From positions 249,164 to 313,163 of the forward strand of contig JBITAJ010000012.1 in assembly GCA_044440125.1 (NCBI GenBank): 64,000 nt of DNA. The letters run 5' to 3'. Source of the stretch: Sedimentisphaeraceae bacterium JB056. GTDB lineage: Bacteria; Planctomycetota; Phycisphaerae; Sedimentisphaerales; Sedimentisphaeraceae. Both the position numbers and the translations under genes were made by a program. This document shows, one piece after another, positions 49,601 through 58,110 of the stretch (the stretch's first letter is position 1; every line of letters starts with the position of its first letter). The notes beneath the pieces are model-generated. The model did no database searches and had not been told where the DNA came from. It saw nothing but the letters and a program-made list of their open reading frames with translations.

Positions 49601-51478
49601 AAAGAGTATATTTCGCGGCTCATAAAACTTTGTGCCAAGTATGGCCGCCTCTATATCTGGGGCGACGGCAACGGTACGACCTTCAAATGGCAGCAGTATG
49701 CATCGAACGATTACTGGATAAATTTCCTTGCCGAATACGGCGAGTATATGACTTTTTCCCAGAAGAACAATATCAACCATACGATGCATACGACTCAGGG
49801 TACTCTTATGGGGTTGTGGCTTAGCGGCCGAATCAGCAACCTCGGTTCATGGAGCGAATGCTGGTACTGGAACGATGCGGGGTTTGCCGAGCTTGGCGTT
49901 TACCTTGGCCCTAAGATGGGTTATATCGAGATGTTCCCCAAGAATTATTACAATCTATCCTTTGTGCATGGTATTACGCAGGGAGCGAGCGTGTTCAATG
50001 TAGACGGTCAGGGCACTATGATGACCGGCACCAATCCGGCTATCTGGGATCGTGAGGGCAATACTACAGAGATGTTCGGCGATTATATCGTACCGTTCAT
50101 TCGCGGCGTTGTCGAGCATGGACTCGTGCCTTCAAAGCAGGATGTACTGAATAAGGTTAAGGTTGCTATTGAGCAACCGGATAGATTTGAGAATATTGCC
50201 CACGAAGGTGATTACGGCATATACCAGTTGCTTTACGATCAGACTTACGGCTTCAGGGAAGAGGGCAAGTGGTATGAGTATTTCCCCAACACCTCGCAAT
50301 ACTATTACTTCCCGCTGCTTCCTTACGGCATAAGCTCGCTGGGTGATGGAATTCGTGTTGAGACATTGAATTCGATGAGCGATCCGGCATTTGTGAGCAG
50401 TGTTTTCGATGCCGAGTATCCCGGGCCGTGGCAGAGCAGTGCGTTGTGTAATGTTGTGGGTGAGAGCATATTCATCCAGAACACTAACGAAAATGTGGAT
50501 GTTGACGAAAACTATGTCCTCGATTTTGACAGATGCAACATTAAGCGGATGAGCGGTTATGTAGGTCCGCATAAATATATCATGGGTACCTTCGAACAGG
50601 ATGATACCGTTCTCTGGCTTCAGGCCAATACTGAATTCACCGATCGCGATACAGTGATAACATTCGACTGTCTCTGGAAACCGGCCTTGAGAGTTGAGCC
50701 GGCATCTGCGCTGGTCAGTGCAGTGTGGGATAGTGAGAATCTTACTTATACCCTTACTCTTTCGCATACCGACTATGCGGCTGAGATTACTCTCGACAGT
50801 GCCGATCTTTTCAGTGATGGTTTTATTGATTACTTCGATATATTCGGTCTCGCTGAGAACTGGCTTTTCAGCGGTGTTGATATTACTGGCGATCTTGATG
50901 GGGATGAGAGGGTTTCGCTTGGCGATTATTCTATTCTGTCCAGAAGGATACTGACTTCCGATTGGAAGATGAATAATCCCGTGCTGATCACTGAGATCGG
51001 CACAGGTGACGACTTCTTCGAGCTTCAGAACGTGGCATCAAGATCCGTTGATACTTCCGGTTGGAAAGTGCTCGTCAATGACGGCTGCACTTCGATAACC
51101 GCCGTGGAGGAAGGAAGGTTCCTGCTTCCCGGCAGCATTGAGGCAGGCGAAGTTGTGTATTCCACCGATGAGGCGACAGATAACTATTTCGGCAGCGGCA
51201 TATGCTGGCAGACTGACGGCAGCGGCTGGATACTGCTGCTCGATTCTTCAGGGCAGATGGCAGATTTCGTCTGCTGGGGATATGCCTCCGGAGATATTGA
51301 GGCTCTTACTGTTGCAACCGCAGAAGGCGTGTTCACGCCATCCGATATCTGGCAGGGTGATGGAATTGCCTATGGCGGACAGTTCACTGATTCCTACCAG
51401 AGGGCTTTCCCTACCGATAACAATCAGGCATCCGACTTCACACGCGCCGCTCCCACAAAAGGCATTTCCAATCTTTAG
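46622..51478 (+). CDS. Secreted GH98-like hydrolase, paralogue of 23295..26813, with added LamG, dockerin-like and lamin-tail domains
   Basis: 'VGEN', 'CAKYG', 'QKNNI', 'GLWLSG', 'NTNEN'; LamG 'AHYKFDE...VDDLRIYN'; 'GDLDGDERVSLGD'; LTD 'PVLITEI...FFELQN'. Confidence 0.72.
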   Translation: MSKKTLKLTLLVTILLSIFSSAYGLSCRVVNFYQQPVYASWVNIDASDVYDALGIAYGSALEVIDTSDSSRLPAELVTLNGVDKICVYLSLDAGEVLDLSINPASEWLSAQYADWQSVSQSGLISNGIISVSFDASGIDMSFAGSLGTAQQRAVLDNVYYKGWIDEIDNGAVIDPEFLGLCKVDSRSAVIDFAVASITAEGPTLTLTRSFDGFGQGVVLTETITALKCQPAFRYELHFTNNNQTDRWLAWADGYIGGNFAHDQSWLRSPYWGDSLYDLSVENFADHVKYWYNPPSWTYCGLWDDAGYGVGLTTLELLTGSHYHNKTYWKADLNSFALDQVETTAGYLPIQIAPGATVELGGCFIATDSGTDAFRQTNLFFYALDKDEYPDLESSFSVNLDTEFINAAKADYFYEDFSNFDRWFIQSGTAAAITEGGRLTIDDTSASVSCALEIDFSDQKIFTVDIADADPLVTFCAKVRPLGSTFDPVTLVEAQNVQPPDEQYLLAHYKFDETAGSVAVDSSSQDEAAVYNGQWYSQGVDQGCIYLDGTSYVRLPAGAVDDVTDQVTVSLWAYGDPAQSDSNVLFHGTSAGYTGHTLFAYAPDANGDVSFEAGHITPQDASWPSYYWGWDTLDFSQALVSDYRGQWNHYAFVKDSAQGYQKIYRNGELVAQIADAFSPVDSLVNFTLGCVDRNTYRSLYYKGYVDDLRIYNTALTDSQVVYLADQLSGSELVGKLQANINDKTGWSDYTSFELILSLEGQPSGSADINLVSILPPAAAAPELVTPLEGWDVTDLAACFSWKNIEGIVDYQLQISRDEQFTSPLIYDLTSDSELCRYYPIELLDTGLWYWRVCGVDGLQLGNFSEVRSFTINDVHGKAAIIHPVSAQQPLFTLEAFKVDDLSKYAESIPADIRHCTAIVSDNQYFVYKQTNLEHYSKVAGQDTNYMIRTHGPDKMGWAFSLTDVEWLFSNYPNIIGICVGENFWNYWQWETDGSKEYISRLIKLCAKYGRLYIWGDGNGTTFKWQQYASNDYWINFLAEYGEYMTFSQKNNINHTMHTTQGTLMGLWLSGRISNLGSWSECWYWNDAGFAELGVYLGPKMGYIEMFPKNYYNLSFVHGITQGASVFNVDGQGTMMTGTNPAIWDREGNTTEMFGDYIVPFIRGVVEHGLVPSKQDVLNKVKVAIEQPDRFENIAHEGDYGIYQLLYDQTYGFREEGKWYEYFPNTSQYYYFPLLPYGISSLGDGIRVETLNSMSDPAFVSSVFDAEYPGPWQSSALCNVVGESIFIQNTNENVDVDENYVLDFDRCNIKRMSGYVGPHKYIMGTFEQDDTVLWLQANTEFTDRDTVITFDCLWKPALRVEPASALVSAVWDSENLTYTLTLSHTDYAAEITLDSADLFSDGFIDYFDIFGLAENWLFSGVDITGDLDGDERVSLGDYSILSRRILTSDWKMNNPVLITEIGTGDDFFELQNVASRSVDTSGWKVLVNDGCTSITAVEEGRFLLPGSIEAGEVVYSTDEATDNYFGSGICWQTDGSGWILLLDSSGQMADFVCWGYASGDIEALTVATAEGVFTPSDIWQGDGIAYGGQFTDSYQRAFPTDNNQASDFTRAAPTKGISNL

Positions 51479-51544
51479 CCGTTAACCATCAAGAATTACG
51501 GCAAGCAATTGCTTTCAAATAACCTGTATAATCGCTTTTGGCTG

Positions 51545-51572
51545 TTGAAAATAGACTCATTTTGGGTATGAT
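51545..51572 (+). promoter_or_regulatory. Putative sigma70 promoter
   Basis: TTGAAA-16 bp-TATGAT upstream of the orphan ORF. Confidence 0.45.
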
Positions 51573-51710
51573 ATTTCTAAGCTCTGCAAAGCAACGGAAT
51601 GAGCGAGTTAATGATCTTTGGAGAGTTTGGAATAAGTCTGATTATCTGCTTGGATCAATCATAGAGGCTGACTGGGATGTGATTTAAAAGTTTTTGAAAT
51701 ACCGATTTTA

Positions 51711-52346
51711 ATGCAGAAATCAATTGGAGTGATAATCGTGATGACGTTAAAGTGTCTCGTGAAAAAAACTAAGATAAAGTTCTTTGTATTCGGTATTTTA
51801 GCAATTTTACTATGCTATAATATTTTTGTTACTTTTTTGGGATACCGCATTGATGGTAAAGTTAAACACCTAAACCAAATCCCTAAATTAAAAGAGACAT
51901 CACTGGTATCTCTTTTTGATAAGACCAAGATAGCAGATAAAATCTCATACAACGTAAAGACAATAGAATCATCAAGCACATTTTTATGTGATTTCCAGAT
52001 GCAAATGCCGGTAGAAGAGTTTGTTGATTTTTTTAATACTGAAGTCAAATATGAGGAAATTATTAATGATTCTCGGATATGGCAGATTAATTCGAGTGAA
52101 AAGGGTTATTCATTTATTTCAGTAATCTCTCAATATGAAACATCAGACGATGAACCTTTTATTCAGACATGGCATGGCCGAACAAATAGTCAGTTGCCTT
52201 TTCATTTGACAGATAAAGATATGTACGGCTTGAAAATGATAGACTTATTCGAGCGCAAAAACGTTCCAAGACATGTAAGTATTGATGCTGTTTACCAAGT
52301 TAAAAGTAATACTGCTTTTTTTCATATATATTCATCTACAAGATAA
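51711..52346 (+). CDS. Hypothetical protein with an N-terminal TM helix, AT-rich
   Basis: 211-aa ORF, hydrophobic 'FFVFGILAILLCYNIFVTFL'; no recognised motif; start uncertain. Confidence 0.6.
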   Translation: MQKSIGVIIVMTLKCLVKKTKIKFFVFGILAILLCYNIFVTFLGYRIDGKVKHLNQIPKLKETSLVSLFDKTKIADKISYNVKTIESSSTFLCDFQMQMPVEEFVDFFNTEVKYEEIINDSRIWQINSSEKGYSFISVISQYETSDDEPFIQTWHGRTNSQLPFHLTDKDMYGLKMIDLFERKNVPRHVSIDAVYQVKSNTAFFHIYSSTR

Positions 52347-52352
52347 GATAAC

Positions 52353-52920
52353 AACAGGGGACAGTGGGGCTGTTGAAAAAAAGATTTATTCTATAGGACT
52401 TCAATGAAAAAAATAATCATGATTTTGCAATTTGTTTCTGTCTTAATTGCGTTTTATTGTTCTAATTTTGTTTTGTATTTTTTTATAGCGATTACTCCAG
52501 AAGAAGCTGTTCGTAAAGGGTATCCCGATTTGCCTACTGATTGGTCAGCGGGTGTTATGAACCATGGCGAATATATTAAATGGTGGACGATTCAAGAACG
52601 ACCTCTCTTTTTCTGGAGTAGTTTAGTTGGATTAATTATATCAATATTGGTTGCTTTTCCTTTATTATATAGATGCGCCTTGTATTTAATTCGCAGAAGA
52701 ATTAAGGGGATATCTTTCTTAAAATGAATTCTGTGGGTGGTGTAATCAATAGGGGACTATAGGGGACAGTTACCCTTTTTCTGCAAATACAGTGACTTTA
52801 CCTTACATCTTTTTGCCTATATCATTATATCTGTCATATCATACGACTCGTTTTTATATCTTTCTAACCAATAAACGGTTAAAAGCATTAAAAGGAGGTA
52901 ATTGTTCCCTGTCCCCTGTT
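52353..52920. repeat. GGGGACAG-type inverted repeats
   Basis: AACAGGGGACAG (52353-52364) is the exact reverse complement of CTGTCCCCTGTT (52909-52920); an inner imperfect IR pairs 52750-52780 with 52890-52918. Confidence 0.65.
52404..52727 (+). CDS. Small two-TM hypothetical protein, AT-rich
   Basis: AGGA RBS; 107 aa with two hydrophobic segments. Confidence 0.65.
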   Translation: MKKIIMILQFVSVLIAFYCSNFVLYFFIAITPEEAVRKGYPDLPTDWSAGVMNHGEYIKWWTIQERPLFFWSSLVGLIISILVAFPLLYRCALYLIRRRIKGISFLK

Positions 52921-53026
52921 TACAACAGACGAAACTTAATACTTGACGATATAAGCTTATAATGGTAATTTATATATTAACGGTTCGCAGTATAAAGCCC
53001 TTTGTTGGAGAATATGGAGACTGAAA

Positions 53027-54382
53027 ATGAATGGTAAGAACAATATTATGTTCAAGATGCACCGAGATGTATTTCGATACACTAATCTGCATATCAAGCT
53101 GCAACGAATTGTCTTTATAGCCATTATTATATTGAGCTCGATATTACCGCTTTTTTTTGTACGGTGTGACGAGCCTACTTTTTCGTTGAATGTTTTCAAA
53201 TTTATTGCTAAGATCGGAGCATTAGGTGGGACGATGCTTATCGTTTGGCAGTTTCTGCTCGGGTTTCGTTTTGTGGTCGGCAAGGTCATGGTCGACCTGT
53301 TGTGGGTATTGAGCGTTCATAAGACTTTGGGTAAATATATAATGCTGATAGTCGGGTTACACCCTGTGTTCATAACTTTGTACTATCTCGAAAAGAAAGG
53401 TTATAATCCGCTTCTTCTTGGCGGGCCGACAACTTTTAGATATTTTGTGGCATTGGGGATGGCTGCTTTTGCGATATTTATCGTAGTGGTTGCAACGAGT
53501 ATTTTGTTTCGTCAGAAATTCACGAAGCGTACGTGGTTCGGCTTTCATATTACAGCTTATATTGCCCTGCCGATGATATTTCTTCACAGTTTTCCAATAG
53601 GCAGTACAATATCTGAACCGCCGGCGAGGCACTTCTGGATAGCATTGGCCGGCTTTGTTGGTGTGCTGTTTGTATTTCGTGTGATGTGCAGACTATGCTT
53701 TATGCAGAAGAAATATATAGTGACGTCGGTTGCTAAGTTGAGGCCGCAGGTTACAAGGATCAATGCGAAACCATTAGGCGCGAAGATTGTGCCGGGAATT
53801 GGGCAGTTCATTTATCTTCGCAAAGGTTTTGCCGGTAATATACGCCCGTTTACCGTGTCGCACTATGATGAAAAAACCGGGGAACTTAGCGTAACTGTCA
53901 AGGCACTTGGCACCACATCGACGAGTTTACAGGGAATCAGGCCGGGAGAATTGCTTTATATTGATGGGCCTTATGGTATATTTTCTCATGAGGCGCTTAA
54001 TAGCGAACGCCCGTTGGTGATGATCGCCGGAGGCATCGGCATTACACCGTTTTTACGCATATTTGAGGTTTTGAGTTATGAACCCCAAAGGGAGCACCAT
54101 CTTTTTTACGGCAACAAAAGCAAGCACGAGATAGTTTATGAAGAGGAACTGGAGGATTTTAAAAGCGTAAATATTATTCATGTTCTAAGTGAGGATACGA
54201 ATTATCCAAGCGAAACGGGTTATATTACGATCCCGGTTTTAAAGAAATACCTTACCGATGCGCTTAGTAATTATGAATTTCTGATCTGTGGTCCGCCGGT
54301 TATGACGATGAAACTCGAAGAGGCTCTTACGAACGAAAATGTTCCGTCTGAGCAGATACATCATGAGCTTTTCAGTTATTGA
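53027..54382 (+). CDS. Ferric reductase-like transmembrane protein with FAD/NAD(P)H-binding domain
   Basis: His-bearing TMs (HKTLG, LHP, FHIT, LHS); 'RPFT', 'IDGPYG', 'IAGGIGITPF', 'ICGPP', 'HELF'. Confidence 0.88.
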   Translation: MNGKNNIMFKMHRDVFRYTNLHIKLQRIVFIAIIILSSILPLFFVRCDEPTFSLNVFKFIAKIGALGGTMLIVWQFLLGFRFVVGKVMVDLLWVLSVHKTLGKYIMLIVGLHPVFITLYYLEKKGYNPLLLGGPTTFRYFVALGMAAFAIFIVVVATSILFRQKFTKRTWFGFHITAYIALPMIFLHSFPIGSTISEPPARHFWIALAGFVGVLFVFRVMCRLCFMQKKYIVTSVAKLRPQVTRINAKPLGAKIVPGIGQFIYLRKGFAGNIRPFTVSHYDEKTGELSVTVKALGTTSTSLQGIRPGELLYIDGPYGIFSHEALNSERPLVMIAGGIGITPFLRIFEVLSYEPQREHHLFYGNKSKHEIVYEEELEDFKSVNIIHVLSEDTNYPSETGYITIPVLKKYLTDALSNYEFLICGPPVMTMKLEEALTNENVPSEQIHHELFSY

Positions 54383-54654
54383 ATAATTAAAGAAGGCGTT
54401 ACCGACAAAAGTCCATCGGGCTTGATAAAACCTGCGTTTTCATCAAGACAGCCCTGCTTAAAGTGCCGTCTTTTTACTTTTGTCGGCGTCACCAAAGAAA
54501 GAATTGAGAGCGAAACGGAGGCAGATCTCTTTTTTGTTGATTTGTCTTTTTGAGCCATTTGGTTTGTTTGTGATGCAATAACTGATAAAATATTGTTATA
54601 CGTCAGGGAGTTATTGCTGGAAACAATATTTCGGGAAATGAAATTTGGAGGAAA

Positions 54655-55989
54655 ATGATGTCCGATAACGGGAATTGTGAAGCATTGCCGCGTAAGCTAA
54701 GTATGATATTCTTTAACGTTGTGAAACTCGATTACTTTAGCAGGTGTGAGCGGTTTTCTTGTGTCTTTATATTAGCCGTCATTCTTTTGGTTTTATGCCC
54801 AAGCGGGGTTTTTGCCGAATCGAACCGTACGGTTCTGGGGGAAGAGCAAACCGTTGCCGTGCATAACGCCCTGGAAGGAGAATGGGTCTGCAATATAGGA
54901 AATACAAAAGTTCGATTAATACTCACCGATGACAATAAGTTCAGCCTGAATGAAAAAGAGGGCAGCTATCTCGTTGAGGGGGCCAAATTAATACTTAAAA
55001 GTGATTCTTCACAGGCCGTTTATGATTTTGAATTAGATCAAAATCAGTTGCTGCTCTCCGGAGCCGATCTTAGCCGACCGTTGAAATTCACGAAAATAGT
55101 CGGGATAAGGGGTTCCCAAAAGTGGCTTTCAGCTTTTTCCATCAAATCACTGCAGGAAAAATCCTACCATCTACTGTCAATATTAGTGTTGGTCATCGTG
55201 TGCCGAATTCTACTCTACCTGTTCAAAGCACTGATCCATTTTATTATATATTCGAACAAGGGCCCCCTGAGATTTATATACAGGAAGCACAAAAGCCGGA
55301 CGATGACTATATACTCACTGGTTACCAACATTGCCAAGTACATTGTATATCTGTTTGCCCTGGGGTTTGCTTTGTCTGAATTAGGTGTTAATTATACGGC
55401 ATATTTTGCTTCCCTCTCGGTGATCGGTCTTGCAATAGGTTTTGGCTCACAGGGACTTGTTCAAGATATGGTTACCGGCTTCTTCATAATTTTTGAGAGC
55501 CAGTTCAACGTCGGCGACATGGTCGAGATTCCACCACATGTGGGGATTGTTGAAGAGCTGGGTTTGCGAATGACCCGAATACGTAATTATCTTGGTCAGA
55601 CGATAATAATCCCCAACCGTAATATTGCCGCAGTCGGTAATTTTACCAAAGGGGCGCAGCAGGTTCAGATAGACGTGGCTGTCAAAAGTAAGGATGTTGC
55701 TGAGGACGCAAAAAAACTGCTCAGCCAGATTACAAATGAGATCAGTGTCCAGTTTGCCGGTACAATTGTAACTGCTCCAAAGGTTCTAAGCGAATCTTCA
55801 CTGGAAACCGGAGAGCATTTCGTGCGTGTTTGCCTTGCTATCTGGCCGCAACAGCAATGGGTCGTAGACCAGCAGATCCTGCCCAGAATTCGAGAGGGCT
55901 TTCGCCTCAAGGGCATAGAAATACCGAGCGACCGGGTTATTGCTTTTTATCGCCCGCGAAAAGATGACAGACTGAGCAGAAAGAATTAG
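54655..55989 (+). CDS. MscS-family mechanosensitive channel with an N-terminal extracytoplasmic domain
   Basis: 'GLAIGFGSQGLVQDMVTGFFIIFESQFNVGD', 'GIVEELGLRMTRIR', 'IIPNRNI'. Confidence 0.9.
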   Translation: MMSDNGNCEALPRKLSMIFFNVVKLDYFSRCERFSCVFILAVILLVLCPSGVFAESNRTVLGEEQTVAVHNALEGEWVCNIGNTKVRLILTDDNKFSLNEKEGSYLVEGAKLILKSDSSQAVYDFELDQNQLLLSGADLSRPLKFTKIVGIRGSQKWLSAFSIKSLQEKSYHLLSILVLVIVCRILLYLFKALIHFIIYSNKGPLRFIYRKHKSRTMTIYSLVTNIAKYIVYLFALGFALSELGVNYTAYFASLSVIGLAIGFGSQGLVQDMVTGFFIIFESQFNVGDMVEIPPHVGIVEELGLRMTRIRNYLGQTIIIPNRNIAAVGNFTKGAQQVQIDVAVKSKDVAEDAKKLLSQITNEISVQFAGTIVTAPKVLSESSLETGEHFVRVCLAIWPQQQWVVDQQILPRIREGFRLKGIEIPSDRVIAFYRPRKDDRLSRKN

Positions 55990-56025
55990 GTCTGTGAGCT
56001 TAAAAGACGGCGAGGTTATTTTTGA

Positions 56026-56053
56026 TTGACATTGCTTTTTAATGAATTATAAT
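56026..56053 (+). promoter_or_regulatory. Sigma70 promoter of the FNT gene
   Basis: Consensus TTGACA-16 bp-TATAAT. Confidence 0.75.
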
Positions 56054-56139
56054 CCGAATGTTATGTAACTTTAGTGTTGTAAAGAGTTTGGATTGTTTTG
56101 TGCGGATTCGCTTATGAGCGGTTTCGCGGAAAGTGTGTT

Positions 56140-56985
56140 ATGGAAAATAAGAATGATGCCGTGGTAAAAGGCGGGGACTACGATCCCAAGCTTTCTCCCA
56201 GGGAACTTTCGGGGGCTATTTCCGCTTTGGGAATAAAGAAGGCCAATACTCGTTTTTGGCAGCTTGCGCTTCTAGGCATACTGGCCGGTCTTTATATCAG
56301 TTTTGGAAGCATGCTATACATAGCGGCTTTGGGTGACGGGCTTGGCAAGGTAGCCGGCGGGCTGGTTTTCAGCGTAGGGCTGGTGCTGGTGCTGATCGCC
56401 GGCGCAGAGCTTTTTACCGGCAATGTCATAATGCTCGTGGGTACGATCACAGGTCTTTTCCCTCTCGCCAGTCTGCTTCGCAACTGGGTTGCCGTTTATA
56501 TCGGCAACTTCGTGGGTGCAGTAATCACGGCGGCCCTCATATGGCGGTCGGGGCTGCTTGGAGAGGTGGAAGCGTTAAATAAGCTTGGCGAGATAGCCGC
56601 ATCGATTGCAGGTCTCAAGCTCTCACTCACATTCGAACAATGCGTTATTCGCGGCATATTCTGCAATATGCTGGTGCTGCTGGCTATAATTATGGCTACG
56701 ATGGCCAAGGATATCGTTTCTAAAATACTTTGCATCGTTATTCCGATCATGACATTCGTTGCCTGCGGTTTCGAGCATTGCGTGGCGAATATGTTTCTGA
56801 TACCGCTTGGACTTGCGGCTTCCGGAGCGGGATTTGTCGACCAGCTCGCTATGTTCAGGAATATCCTGCCAGTTACAATCGGTAATATTATCGGCGGCAT
56901 ACTGATACTTCTTATACACCCCAACCGCATACGTCAGATAGTCTTCCTCCTAAAGAGCTACTGGGGTGCCTCCAAACGCAGCTAA
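56140..56985 (+). CDS. Formate/nitrite transporter (FNT family)
   Basis: 'GILAGLYI', 'GAELFTGN', 'GNFVG', 'GIFCNMLV', 'GFEHCVANM', 'TIGNIIGG'. Confidence 0.93.
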   Translation: MENKNDAVVKGGDYDPKLSPRELSGAISALGIKKANTRFWQLALLGILAGLYISFGSMLYIAALGDGLGKVAGGLVFSVGLVLVLIAGAELFTGNVIMLVGTITGLFPLASLLRNWVAVYIGNFVGAVITAALIWRSGLLGEVEALNKLGEIAASIAGLKLSLTFEQCVIRGIFCNMLVLLAIIMATMAKDIVSKILCIVIPIMTFVACGFEHCVANMFLIPLGLAASGAGFVDQLAMFRNILPVTIGNIIGGILILLIHPNRIRQIVFLLKSYWGASKRS

Positions 56986-56992
56986 TGTTAAC

Positions 56993-57022
56993 CCGGCACT
57001 CCCTTATTTCAGAAAGTGCCGG
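56993..57022. terminator. Hairpin between convergent genes
   Basis: CCGGCACT-14 nt-AGTGCCGG. Confidence 0.45.
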
Positions 57023-57034
57023 TTGTTAAATTTG

Positions 57035-58084
57035 TTATGGCTGCCATATTGTAGCAGCTATGTGCTGCTGGGTTGTGCTTGAGGTGGTGTAATAATATAC
57101 AGTAACCACTTTGCCGTCAGAACGTTGTATTGAACGAGGATATCCCATGTCCCATGATGCGGCATCTGTTCTGAGGTTTATTTCACTGCCCCAGCTTTGG
57201 CCGTCGTTGCTGCTTATCTTTGCGCGTATTCCCATTGGCGAACTTCTGTAGCCGTAAGTGAGACAGATTCTTCCATCGCTTAATTTGATCATGCTTGGAG
57301 GGTTCCATGCGCCTGTTACCGGCGTGCTCAAATATTCCCAGCTTTTGCCGTTATCCTCAGAGGAGTATATTTCGATGACCTTTGTCGTACCTTCTCTTGT
57401 TCTGAGGGCAACTATCAATTCATCCTCAGAGATGCGAACAGAAGATGGCATTATTGTATAGTAGTGGTCGCCGACATTTATGTCAGGACATGGAGCTATA
57501 AATGACAAAAAGTTTATTGTTCTTCCGCCGTTAACAGTTTGGGCGACCATTGTTCTGCCTTCGATGTCGTCAGGCTTTTTTACGGACAGGAACATAAGAG
57601 CGCTGCTTTGACTGTCTAATATATAGTCCGTTCGGGAAGTCGATCCGGGCAGGTCGAAATCGGGCATATCGAAAGGGCCCATCCATGTCTGGGCTTTGTC
57701 ATAAGATATCCAGAATACGCTTTTTCTTATCTTCATCGCGAAGTCGGGATGAGTGTAGTTGATGCTTGATGGCATCGGCAAAGCGGCTTTGCTTCTTTGC
57801 AGAGGTGTGGGCCTTTCGATACTCCATGTGCTGCCGCCGTCAGTGCTTCTTGCCTGAATCGTGTATATAGGGTCGCTCGTGTCGTAAGAATGGCCGTCAG
57901 GATTGTAAAGATAGGTTGCTTCATTGAAGCCGACAACTATTTCATTGCCCCAGCTCCATATTCCTTCGTTGGCGGGCCAGCCATAAAATTTACTGGAATC
58001 ATGGCATACAATTACATCTTGTGCTGCGGCAAGAGAAGCTAATGTTATGATTAATGATAAACATATCTTGAATATTTTATTCAT
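57035..58084 (-). CDS. Secreted BNR/Asp-box beta-propeller (sialidase/GH33-like)
   Basis: Signal peptide; Asp-boxes STDGGSTW, SEDNGKSW, SNDGQSW; 'DMGYP', 'VYYY'. Confidence 0.8.
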   Translation of the reverse strand: MNKIFKICLSLIITLASLAAAQDVIVCHDSSKFYGWPANEGIWSWGNEIVVGFNEATYLYNPDGHSYDTSDPIYTIQARSTDGGSTWSIERPTPLQRSKAALPMPSSINYTHPDFAMKIRKSVFWISYDKAQTWMGPFDMPDFDLPGSTSRTDYILDSQSSALMFLSVKKPDDIEGRTMVAQTVNGGRTINFLSFIAPCPDINVGDHYYTIMPSSVRISEDELIVALRTREGTTKVIEIYSSEDNGKSWEYLSTPVTGAWNPPSMIKLSDGRICLTYGYRSSPMGIRAKISSNDGQSWGSEINLRTDAASWDMGYPRSIQRSDGKVVTVYYYTTSSTTQQHIAATIWQP

Positions 58085-58110
58085 TGTATAACTCCGATTA
58101 AATTAATTGA

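Noticed and set aside
51540..52380. GGCTGTTGAAAA at 51540 and 52368 as IS terminal repeats
   Set aside because: Same orientation, no transposase, and the first copy is explained as a -35 box
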